Part shown: positions 12,301 to 24,300 of the stretch, one piece after another
Layout of the letters: each line of letters starts with the position of its first letter
Position numbering within the stretch: position 1 is the first letter of the stretch
DNA from: Raja brachyura
Taxonomy: Eukaryota
DNA length: 64,000 nucleotides
Direction: 5' to 3'
Assembly: GCA_963514005.1 (NCBI GenBank)
Contig: OY740808.1
Span: 18,042,001 to 18,106,000, forward strand
Notes under the pieces: model-generated
What the model was told of the DNA's origin: nothing
The model's input: the letters and a program-made list of their open reading frames with translations, nothing else
Databases searched by the model: none
Made by a program: the position numbers and the translations under genes

Positions 12301-15300
12301 AGAGTGAAGCAATCCGAATAACAAGACTCGTATTCACGGTGAAGCCTTGCTTGGATTTATTTAGTTTAACTTGCAGCCATGTTTTACTAATTCAGATATG
12401 CAAAGATCAGTCATTGGTGTCCCTGCCACCTTCTTAAATAGCCATACTCCTGGTGTATATCCTACCAGATATATCCAAGGACACCGAGACCCTGAAGCTG
12501 GCTGAGAGTTACGAGTCATCATGAGGTGCTGGAAGACTTGGACTCAATAACTATGGGTGTAGCAAAAATGACCACCCGGTTTCCAAACTTTCCCTGAAGT
12601 TTTGATAATTCAAGAAAAAAAATTCTCAAGGTGCAATAAAAAAATCCAAGAGAAAATCCTTTTGGAGGATTTTAAAAAGACTGATTTTTGTTGAAGGTTT
12701 TCCTATAATAGTAGATTCTATTTGGAGAAAATGGTTTGTTTAATGAAACAGAGTGGTTGGAGATGGGAAGTGGTGTGGTAAACCTGTCAGGGATGCACTC
12801 TGACAGAATTGGCAGCCCTCTGTACACATGGCTCAGTGGGCAGTTATTCACCATGCTTGCCACCATCAGTATTGGACTGTCTACTGACTAATCAGAATAA
12901 TCTGTCACTTTGTAACCGAGCCTGTCATGAAACACACACCACAAGGCACTTTGACCAGAAACGTCACCCATTCCTTCTCTCCAGAGATGCTGCCTGTCCT
13001 GCTGAGTTACTCCAGCATTTTGTGTCTACCACAAGGCACTTCTCTTTCTCAGACTGCATGAGTGTCTTTTTTCCCCACAATCTTTTAATGGAAACTTCAC
13101 ACCAAATTGGAGAATGCAATTTTTTTTTTCAGTTTGCCTTTTCTAACCTATATTTAATTGTCTTTTAAACTTTCTTAAATTGTGTTGTGGGTGTATTGAG
13201 GCTTGTGATGTCTGAAAACCCACTCCTAACTTGTACAGAAGTCTTTAACCTTTTTTCTTCCTCTTCTTCTTCCTCCACAGATTATACAAGAGATGATGAA
13301 GTGTTGAGGTCTACGTGTCAGGAGGTGGGCTCCATCAATGAAGGCATCTTTGACATTCGCTTTAATCTAAACGTGTATGCCCCAGGTAATGCACAGCATT
13401 TGAGCCACATATATTTATCACTATAACATGACAAAATATTGGGATAAACCTTTGGATTTTCAGTGGCTGAAAGGAAATTGCAGTTTTTGCTGTAAATTTC
13501 CATTCTTCAATAAATCTTCAATATATTCCAAACAAACCTTATTGCAGGGGGATTAGATTTTTTTTTTTGTTGGATCATATTCTAAACTTGGATTAACTCA
13601 CTGGTATTTGGCGTGGAATTATCACTGAATCTCCACATTTGGAACCAAAGTTTTCTTTTATTCAGTAGGGTGCACGACTTGGCGATATTTTGGGCCATCA
13701 AGCACAATGTTCCACAACATATTTTGTACCTATTTGTGCATGAAAAATATTACCACATTTGCCACAAATGAAGTGGGTGGTAGGTTCACCAGAGAAAGTT
13801 TTAAGTTGTAATGATGGGTTTAAAAACTGTGCTCCTATTTTCTCCATAAAACATACTGAAAATGTTATACCATGTTGTGAGCTTCTTTCATGGTCCACTG
13901 CATCACTATAATGTATTTGGTACATTCTCGGCCTCTTCCAAAAAAAAAAAGGTTTATGGATGTTCATTGTAATTCTTCAGATTTTTGAACTAATCTTTCA
14001 CTTTCTACCTTTTAATCCCATGTGTGTTCCCATCTTTATTTCAAACTTTTATTTTGAAAACAGCCATGGGACAACTTCATTACAGATGGATGTCAAGTCA
14101 TCTTGGTTACATTATTAGACACAAAGTGCAGGAGTAACCAGCATCTGCAGGTCCTCGTTTCTACCTTGGTATCATTGATGTTGCAGGATATCAGGGATGG
14201 TGCGTGCCACCAGTTATCGTTGGAGAAGAGAGATCCAAGCTGAGAAACTGCTACGGGCAGGATTCACACTGTTGACCACAAAACCCAGACACTTTTTAGA
14301 AAGCGGGTGAGAGTTGAGTTTAGACTTTAGTGATACAGCATGGAAATTGGCCCTTTGGCATGCTGAGTCCGTGACAACCAGCGATCACCACGTACACTAG
14401 CACTATGCTACACTCTAGGGACAATTTACAAAAATCAATTAACGTACAAACCTGCCTATCTTTCGGATGTGGGAGGAAACCGGTGCACCTGGAGAAAACC
14501 CACACAGTCACAGGAAGAATGTGCAAACTCCATACAGACAACACCCGTAGTCAGGATCAAACACAGGTTTCTGGTGCTGTCGGGCAGCAGCACCACTGTT
14601 GAAAGCTGAAAAAACCCCATTTAGAATAAGTAGTGACCGCAACAGAATGTTGCTGATTGTTGGTGCTTCCAGACTAATGTGAAAGTGAGCAGCATACAGG
14701 TGCCCCCTGGGTGGGATGGGTTTGTGTTTCCAGAAAATGACCAGTATGATGTTTTTTCTCCAATATGAAGAGATGGACATAAAATCTTCGTTTATTTTCT
14801 TTTCGCATAAATTCCATGAGTGAATTTTAATCTATAGCTCACAATGTTGGGAGTGATTAGTAAATTTTGTCAGGGTAAATTTCTATTATCTGACCAACCA
14901 TAACATGGGTAGGTGGGGGAGTTCCTCTGTAACTGGGACTGAAACCACAACTTGCCATTCACTTAGAGATTTGCATTAAACCAACCTGCTTATTGATAAT
15001 AATCATAAAAACGATCAGGCATGTCAAGTTGACAGTCACCTTTGCCTACAATGTCAATAATTGGGTCTGAGCGTGATAAACATTGTTGCAAGTGTTTTTA
15101 ATCATTTGTGCATCATGTCACAGCTGGTATGTTTCTTGGGTGAGATGCTTTGAAGGAATTGAAATGAAAATGAATTTTTGTTGCAGATGTAAGATTTCCT
15201 GAGTGTGAACTGGAGTCTCTGAAAGTCCAGAAGCGACTGATGAAGGACATTGCAGCCTTTGTTGTGTCTGTACAGATTCCCAGCTTTGTAAGTGACTGCA

Positions 15301-18300
15301 TGGGGAAAAACCCATTATGTTGACAAGAATGAGATCTGATAAGAGAAAACATCGATATTTGTGTCACGTAAACACATTTAAAGCTATATTATCAGAGCAT
15401 ATAAATTGAATGGAAATTCAAAGAAAGCATTAGACTTTGTATAATTGTTTTCTGAATTAATAAGCAGAAACACCTACTTGCTAGTACGAGAAATATTGAG
15501 AGGGGTTGAAAGAGGCATGGTGGCGCAGTGATAGAGTTGCTGCCTTACAGCACCAGAGACCCGGGTTCGATCCTGACTACGGGTCTGTATGGAGTTTGTA
15601 AGTTCTCACAGTGGCCCACGTGGGTTTCCTCACACACTCCAAAGAACCACAGATTTGTAGGTTAATTGGCTTGGTAAAATTGTAAATTGGCCCTGGTGTG
15701 TGGAGGATAGTATTAGAGAGCGAGGATCGCTGGTCGGCGTTGACTCAATGGGCCGAAGGTCCTGTTTCCGTGCTGTATCTCTGTTTTAACACAAATAATT
15801 GCTTGGATTCGTCATGCTTATCACGTCACTCATGAATTGAGTAGAAATTATATATTAAGGGAGGTATCAGCAAACGCTTGAAAGACCATATTGAAGAGGG
15901 AACAGGAAATATGATAAAATAGATTATTCTGCTAATAAGTCTCATGTCTCTCAAAATCTGGGGGCTTTGGGGGTAAAAGGAAGCATTTTTGGGTGAAATG
16001 TTATCACATCTGCAGTTTGTCATGCCCTGGCTGTGGGGCAGGTATCACAGGGTTGTGGCTGTTGGGATATGCTTGCTGCACAGACTGACCTCCTCTCCTC
16101 CCGTTTGATGTCCAGATCAAAGACTGCGAGGGTCACGTCCTGATGCCCGCAGATGGTGCCACAATGACGGATGCTCTGCACAAATACGGAATTAACATCC
16201 GATACATCGGCAAAATAACACAGCTGATAAGCCAGTCAGAAAACAAGCAGTACCTGGAGCATATCTCGGTAGGTATTCCATCAAGCGAGAGATCGCTTTA
16301 ATGGAGAGGACAGATTGCTAAACCAATTAATAATCATCAAGCATTAAGATTTGGTTAATTATTGCACTGCATGGTTGAAGGCCAGCCATTCAGTGCAGGG
16401 CAAACAAGGTTGTCCATGCTCCATTTGCTGATCTCAGTAAGATTAGCCAAGAGTGGCCATGGTATCCCTGGATATGTGCATGCATGGACCTTGTTGGATT
16501 TGGCTGTGCTATATTTACACGTGCATTGAAGGCATGTGGGTAATGTCCAAAGGCATTAATGGTCATTATGTTCATGAATGGAAGGCAACAAAGTAGAGGT
16601 GGTAAGAAGAAAATACTTGATATTTATTCAACATGCAGATGACATGGTGTGGCGGAGGCATCGTGACTATCCAGTTATATCTCTGTGTTTGGGGGCAATT
16701 GTTACCCGAGACAAATAATTGGTCTTCATATTCAGAATGCAGCACAGATCTGGCCCCTGGTGAGGACAGGATTCCGTTCCTGAAAACTATTCATAACCCA
16801 GTCTGCTGGGTCAGAAATGTGGTCATGAACCAAGTCCCCGCCCGCGTGAAGATGCCTGCAGCAGCCATCGAATCCATCCCGCCTGTCTCCCAAACGCTCG
16901 GTTGTGCAAAGGTCAGGTGTCTGTAAACTGGGGCGGACCTGTTGTGTAATTCTATGGCCTTAATCTCTTCTCTCTGATGTGGTGATTTATGGCTTTTTAA
17001 TGTAGCAATCTCGCACGCTATTAAAGTGAGATTTAAGTATACATGTGAAAGAGATAACCAAACAAATATAATAGAATCTGGGCATCCGTGTTCTGCGCCT
17101 GACCTTTGAGTTGGTAGTCACTGTTTAAGATTATGTTTTGCATTTCCACAGAGACTGCTAATTGGTGAAATCATCACTCGAGTTGCAAAGCATGTCGTAG
17201 TCCTCTACCAACAGGTAACGGTTCTGCTCATAGAATAAACAACACTTTCTTCCAATGTGTGTAACAAATACATGTTAAATTTTAGAGTGGAAATGTCTCG
17301 GGTTCAGCCTGTGGTTACTGCAGTATTCATGAACCTCATTCAGTTCAGTGGCAGTGAAATGGAGCCTAGTCACCTTCATCTTGGTCTCTCTCTAATCCTT
17401 GACATGTTAGGCCGCAGAGCCACCGGAGATACGATCCGGAAAACAATCGCATCTCCGGCAACGTAAGAGATTGAAAAAACGTTTCCCCCGACCCCCACAT
17501 AAAACAAACCAGAGGACATTAACACAAACTTAAAACACACTAAAAATAACAAAAAATACTGAAAATAAACAGACTGTTGGTGAGGCTGCCATCGTGCAGC
17601 GCCCCCTGGTGAATCTCTGGAGAGAAGGAATGGGTGACGTATTGGGTTGAGACCCTTCTTCAGACCCTAAACATCGCCCACTCCTTCTCTCCAGAGATGT
17701 TGCCTGTCCCACTGAGTTACTCCAGCTTTTTGTGTCCATCTGCAGTTCCTACCTACACACCCAATCTTGGACTTGGCATATTAAGAGGATTTGTGAACTA
17801 TGCAAGCGTGGGTTTATGCAACTCGAATGGCCCTACCATAGGAGTCACCTGCACTGGACTGCAGTAAAAACCTATGTGGTTCATAAACCTTCAATGCCCT
17901 TCAAGTCTGCAGTACTCCCTTAGCATGGCCCAAATGCAATTCTGTAACTCAATTATGTTTGATTCTCAACAGGAGCAATAAATAAAAGGTTGTGGCTTAA
18001 CTGATATTAGAGAGTTAGAGAGTTTTAACATTAGTCATGTATTTTTAATTACTTCCCATTTGTCTGGCCACAATCACATATAGGAGTGTCTTTTTGAACC
18101 TCCTCTAAAATTATAACATTTTATCCATATTCCAGATTATTGTTAAGTTTTCATGAACATTAGCTTTAATTGTTTAATTAACATTATTGCACAGTAATTA
18201 ATTTATCCAACACGTTGCAGGATTGGGGGATGAGGTGGATTACAATGGGTGTGAATTTCATGAAAACTGACAAAAACAAGATAATTTATTTTGGTTGCCT

Positions 18301-21300
18301 TTGATTTCATTGCCCCCTCCCAATGTACGCTCCAATCTTGCAAAGAGCAACGTCTTGTGGTTGATCCCAATTCCCGATTATGTTAGAAGGTTTGTATGGG
18401 AATTGGGATCAACCACAAGACGTTGCTCTTTGCAAGATTGGAGCGTACATTGGGAGGGGGCAATGAAATCAAAGGCAACCAAAATAAATTATCTTGTTTT
18501 TGTCAGTTTTCATGAAATTCACACCCATTGTAATCCACCTCATCCCCCAATCCTGCAACGTGTTGGATAAATTAATTACTGTGCAATAATGTTAATTAAA
18601 CAATTAAAGCTAATGTTCATGAAAACTTAACAATAATCTGGAATATGGATAAAATGTTATAATTTTAGAGGAGGTTCAAAAAGACACTCCTATATGTGAT
18701 TGTGGCCAGACAAATGGGAAGTAATTAAAAATACATGACTAATGTTAAAACTCTCTAACTCTCTAATATCAGTTAAGCCACAACCTTTTATTTATTGCTC
18801 CTGTTGAGAATCAAACATAATTGAGTTACAGAATTGCATTTGGGCCATGCTAAGGGAGTACTGCAGACTTGAAGGGCATTGAAGGTTTATGAACCACATA
18901 GGTTTTTACTGCAGTCCAGTGCAGGTGACTCCTATGGTAGGGCCATTCGAGTTGCATAAACCCACGCTTGCATAGTTCACAAATCCTCTTAATATGCCAA
19001 GTCCAAGATTGGGTGTGTAGGTAGGAACTGCAGATGGACACAAAAAGCTGGAGTAACTCAGTGGGACAGGCAACATCTCTGGAGAGAAGGAGTGGGCGAT
19101 GTTTAGGGTCTGAAGAAGGGTCTCAACCCAATACGTCACCCATTCCTTCTCTCCAGAGATTCACCAGGGGGCGCTGCACGATGGCAGCCTCACCAACAGT
19201 CTGTTTATTTTCAGTATTTTTTGTTATTTTTAGTGTGTTTTAAGTTTGTGTTAATGTCCTCTGGTTTGTTTTATGTGGGGGTCGGGGGAAACGTTTTTTC
19301 AATCTCTTACGTTGCCGGAGATGCGATTGTTTTCCGGATCGTATCTCCGGTGGCTCTGCGGCCTAACATGGTGGAGCTGGAGGCTTTGCTCGGGACTGAA
19401 TTTGAGCCCCACTGTGGGGACATGGACTTACCATTGGCGCCGATCCCTTGCCTGGGATCGACGCTGTGTCCACGGCCTGAGTATTTCACCATCGAGCAGC
19501 TTGCAGTCTTGGGAAGAGACCGATGTCGGGAACTCCAAACAAAGCAGAAGGTTTTGACCCGCAGTCTGATTGTTATGAAAAGGGTTCAGAATTCAGATAG
19601 GTTACAGAATAAGTGTAAGGTAGGAAGAATCATCCAGAGGTGACATGAGGTTGAAAGTGAGTTTTGAAAATCATTTTAACTGGAATTCAATGGAAGCTGA
19701 TTCAGTTGGGGCTTTTAAAAAGGAATTTATATTTAAAAGTAACATATCTGCAGAGGTCTCTGGGAATGGGGTCATCTGGGTTGATCTCGGAAGAGCAAAA
19801 ATCTGCCCCTTTGCTATACTCATTCTGATTAATTTGTTTGCAGCTCACAGAAGTTCTTCTAATTCTCTTAATTTTCACTTTTCTCACAGAATGTGGAGAT
19901 ATCAGCTCTTTCACTTGCCATTAGTCACTTTCTGAATTGCTTCCTGAGCTCCCATAACAATGGTGCTGCACATCTGCTTCCGGGCGAACTGGCATCACGC
20001 AAGAAGAGAAACAAGCGCAAGATGCGGATTCCTGAGAATGACTTGGCTTGGGCCAGCCTGACGTGTACGGAGCTGTGGAAACAGATCAACAGTGAAGCTG
20101 TTGAAAGCTTTGACTACGCTTTGGCTTGGTACGTTATTGCATGGGCGGGTGTACAGGTTACCTTCTACATTATCCATTGCTGTCGCTGAAGGAATTGATA
20201 TCAAGGTGTGATCTTAATCTTGTTGATGCAGGAGTGGGATAGTTCTCATTGAACATTAAAACTCCAGTACAGCTCCCTGGACACACGGGCTAGCACAAGC
20301 CCGGAGGAAAGAGAGACAATCTTTATGATCCTCAACATCTTCCTAACCCCTGGTTTTCGACAGATGTTGATTCCTATTTAGGGTCGACGAACGTTGCAGT
20401 GGCCTGAGAAGGTTCATCAATACTAGTAAAATCTTTCCATATTTGATCATCCAACCTAATAGTCATCCAGTTACATTTCTGAGAGACACGACCAAATACT
20501 GCAGTACGGAGTGGGAGTTAAATTTAATGATGGGTGAAAGCTTGGCACTGCCGAGCTGACAATGCTTTTAGCCAGAACGATGAAACTCTAAAGGGCATTG
20601 GGAATAAGAAGATGTCTTTACCATTCACTTTGTTTATTTCTCTCTGTCATGACCTGATGTTTATGATTGGTCCATTCCAGTGACGGGGTTGATCAGGCAG
20701 TGGACAAGTTTAGCCTGCAGAAGGTCTCCCTTCTGCGCGAGTTCTGCTTAAAGGCTGGAATTCAGGTACTGCTGATTCTTTCATAATCATTATGTCGCAT
20801 GCAAATGATGTGCCGTTGCTGTATTAAACCTTCAGCGTGTATCCTCACCAACTGTGCCTTGTTTTGCTTGGTTCATCAAATTAGCATTCCAGTACATTGC
20901 TCTGAAGCTAACCTAATGATTTTGCAAACTAATTGAAATGTGACTATTAATGGAGAATAGATTGAATTTCGTATACTATTTTGCAAGAAAATTAACCAGA
21001 AAAATGAAATGAAATAAAACAAAATGGTAGAAATTCTAAACGGGTCGGGCAGCATCTGCTGAGAAGAACCACAGGGCACATGCTTCAAGTCAATAATGTT
21101 TATTCAGAAAAAAATGTGCTTGCGTCTGCGTGACTTTATTGGACTGCATGTGGAAGACTACTACTGCTTGTGTGAAAGTTGGTCAGAGAAGATTTTGTTC
21201 CATAAATAATGCAAAATTCTGTTGTTATTCCCCCCCTCCCCCCCCCCCCCCCCCCACCCCCCATTGGAGATTGCTCACAGTGAAAAGTTCCTTAGTGAAT

Positions 21301-24300
21301 GAGTTACTCTCCAAGAAATAAGAGAACAATGGGAGGAAGAAATTAAATAACTTTTCATTGTAAGAGTTACGGTTGGGGAAAATGCCAGTTTATTGATATT
21401 AAAGCACAAATTGTTTCCACAATCTAAAATTACTTTGCAGCTGCAATGAATAATTTAAGAATCTCAATTTGTGTCAACAATCAGATCAGATTTAGAAGTC
21501 AATAGGGGTATTCTTGATTTATTTGCATGTGACTAGAACGTCCAATGTAGTTTAGTGGACAGGAGCACTATCACACAATATTTAGTTTAACACATTTGTG
21601 TTTTAATAGCCAACACTGATTCAGTCAGTAATTAAGGTTTATTTTCATCCCTTTGAGACGTTGCTAAGAATTTTGCGGGGAGAAATTTGGAGCCAGTGAC
21701 TTGAATGAACCAAAAGGACACAAACTACTGGAGAAACTCAGCGGGTCAGACAGTATCCCTGGAGAACATGGAAAGTGATGTTTCGTGTGAAGACCCTTGT
21801 TCAGATATGACCCATTTAGTATTAGATAACACAAGGAGACGCTTTACTGTTTAAGGGCATGAGCAATTACGTCATTGCAGTAGTTGTGCTGCCCCACTGA
21901 ACACTGTGCAAAGGAATGTGTGGGTTTTACTGGTCTTTGTGATTAGTGTGTATGGTACCCTTGCAAGCTATTTCAAGAATCTGCCGTAATGTTTTTTTGA
22001 TTGATTGGTTGTTCATGATATTCTTGGATATTTTCTCTCAGATTCTGCTGCGAGATTATAACTTTGACAATCGCCACAAACCCACTTTCACAGAAGATGA
22101 TATCCTCAATACATTCCCTGTCTTCAAGCACATCATTGTGAAGTCGCCGGATGCGGAGAGAGTTTATCAGAAAGCACAAATGAATATTCAGAAAGGTACA
22201 GTCATGTTGACGGGACAATGCTGACATAATTGGGTGGAAGAGAGGAAAAGATGTCCTTTCACCATAGGGTTCAAATAGAGTATGATGCTTATTTTAGATA
22301 TTATTAAGGATTGAGAGTGAAGTTTGATCTGCATGAGGAGATGTACTGAGCAAGGAGTTCATATCTGAAACTGCTCCACATTATGTAAAAGACTCGCTGG
22401 GAAACCAAGCTCTGATAACTGTGTGACACTAAACATTACAATATTGCGTTAAGTGTGGAACTACTAATGGTGGGGATGTGCCACAAAAGCTGAGTTGCCC
22501 ATCCACTTTAACACCAAAAAACAAAAAAAAAGTGCAGATGCTGGAAAATGAAAACAAAAATGCTAAATATAGTCAGCAGGTCAGGCAGCATCTGCAGAGA
22601 ATAAACTGAGTTAACTTTTCAAATCATTGAATACCAATACAAAGAAAGGTTACTAACCTGAAACTTTGTCTCTGTCATCTCTGTCTCAACTTGCTGTGCA
22701 CTTTTAGAATTTTCTGATTGCTGTTCTCTTATAAATATCAACTTGTGGTGAGATTTGTATCTGTGTAATTTGCTTACAATTACAATCCTTTCGATGTCCA
22801 ATATTGAGAACGAGCAGGAAAATAAATCTCCTTTCTCATTGTTTTTGTTTCCAGGAAACATTAAGGAAGGCTTTGTGTTAATGAAAGAATCTTTAAACCT
22901 TTTCAAAAATGTGTTTGGCCCTTTGCACTTGGATGTCTGTGCTTGCTTGCACATGCTTGCACAGTTAAACTACATAATTGATGACATCCCTGAGGTGAGC
23001 GATGCTTTTAACTTTGTGCTGGAGGTTTTTACTCCAGCGAAGAATGACTAGGAAATATTAAAAAAGAGAAAATAGTTCACAGAATAATGAATGTGATATG
23101 AAATATTTATTGCACTTTTACCAACACTGTCGGACAGTGATCGTATTGTGTACATGCGGACTTTAACAGGAGAGTCTGATTGTAAACTGATCCTTCACTT
23201 TATGCCTGTGAGGTAGACAATTAAATTGATCTTTTCCTACTCCCTCATATGTAAATATGCAGCTTGCAATTCTACGCATCTGTACACTAGAGGTATCTGT
23301 GACCACCGCAAGTGCCGCCTGGGTGTTCAGAAGTTGATCAATTGAATAATTGCAGTTGAAGTACCTGCAGCTTTGATCTGTTTTCTCATTTTTATATTTT
23401 CCAGCCACTCTTTGCTGGTTTTCACAGGAACATTTATCCAGTGGGATTTTAATCTTGGGGCAATACCAAATAATAACATCTACTCTAGAATAGGGGCATC
23501 AACAACTTTTAGGGCGGCACGGTGGCGCAGCGGTAGAGTTGCTGTCTTACAGCGCCAGAGACCCGGGTTCGATCCCGACTACGGGTGCTGTCTGTACGGA
23601 GTTTGTATGTTCTCCCCGTGACCGCGTGGGTTTTCTCCAAGATCTTCAGGTTTCCTCCCACACTCCAAATATGTACAGATATGTAGGTAAATTGGCTTGG
23701 TATCGGGGTCGCTGGTTGGTGCGGACGCAGTGGGTCGAAGGGCCTGTTTCTGCGCTGTATCTCCAAACTGAACTCAACTAGACAGGACGGCTTCTTGCAG
23801 GATTCATCGCTTTTAATACAAATAAGATGCTGCGACTCGTGATTGTACAAGACATTTCTTTTTCTTGATTTGTAGAACTTTCTACTTCTGCACTGTTTGG
23901 TCTCGGTGATGTATACAATGTGTGTACAATGTGTGGACAATACATTGTGGGCATGAACAACTTTTAACATGTTTAATGTCTTTTAATGTGGCAAAATAGC
24001 CAAGGCGCAGTACATGGGGAATCAAAAAAACTGATGTCAAACTCCAGAAGGAGATATCAGAACATAGGACATAAGGTATGGCAAAAGTGGTCGATTTTAG
24101 AACAAGGAAAGTAGTGGAGAATGTTTGGGATGAAATTCCAGAGCTGGTGTTAAGCACCAATGATGGAGCAATCAAAGTCAGAGATTTGGAGTGGTCCAGA
24201 ATTAAAACGTAGACATCTGAGAGTTTAAAGGCCTGTGGAGATAGAAGTTGAGATTATGGAGAATTTAAAATAAGGAATTCAAGTTTTACAATCAAGGCAC

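Noticed and set aside
17530-19243. Pairs of identical ORFs on opposite strands, suggesting duplicated genes
   Set aside because: A by-product of the palindrome; they translate repeat-derived intronic DNA
17403-19370. Palindrome as a foldback transposon or large MITE
   Set aside because: No flanking TSD, and the outer end cuts through the middle of a retroposon; fits an inverted duplication better
23512-23590. tRNA-like A/B boxes
   Set aside because: Head of an HE1-type SINE, not a tRNA gene
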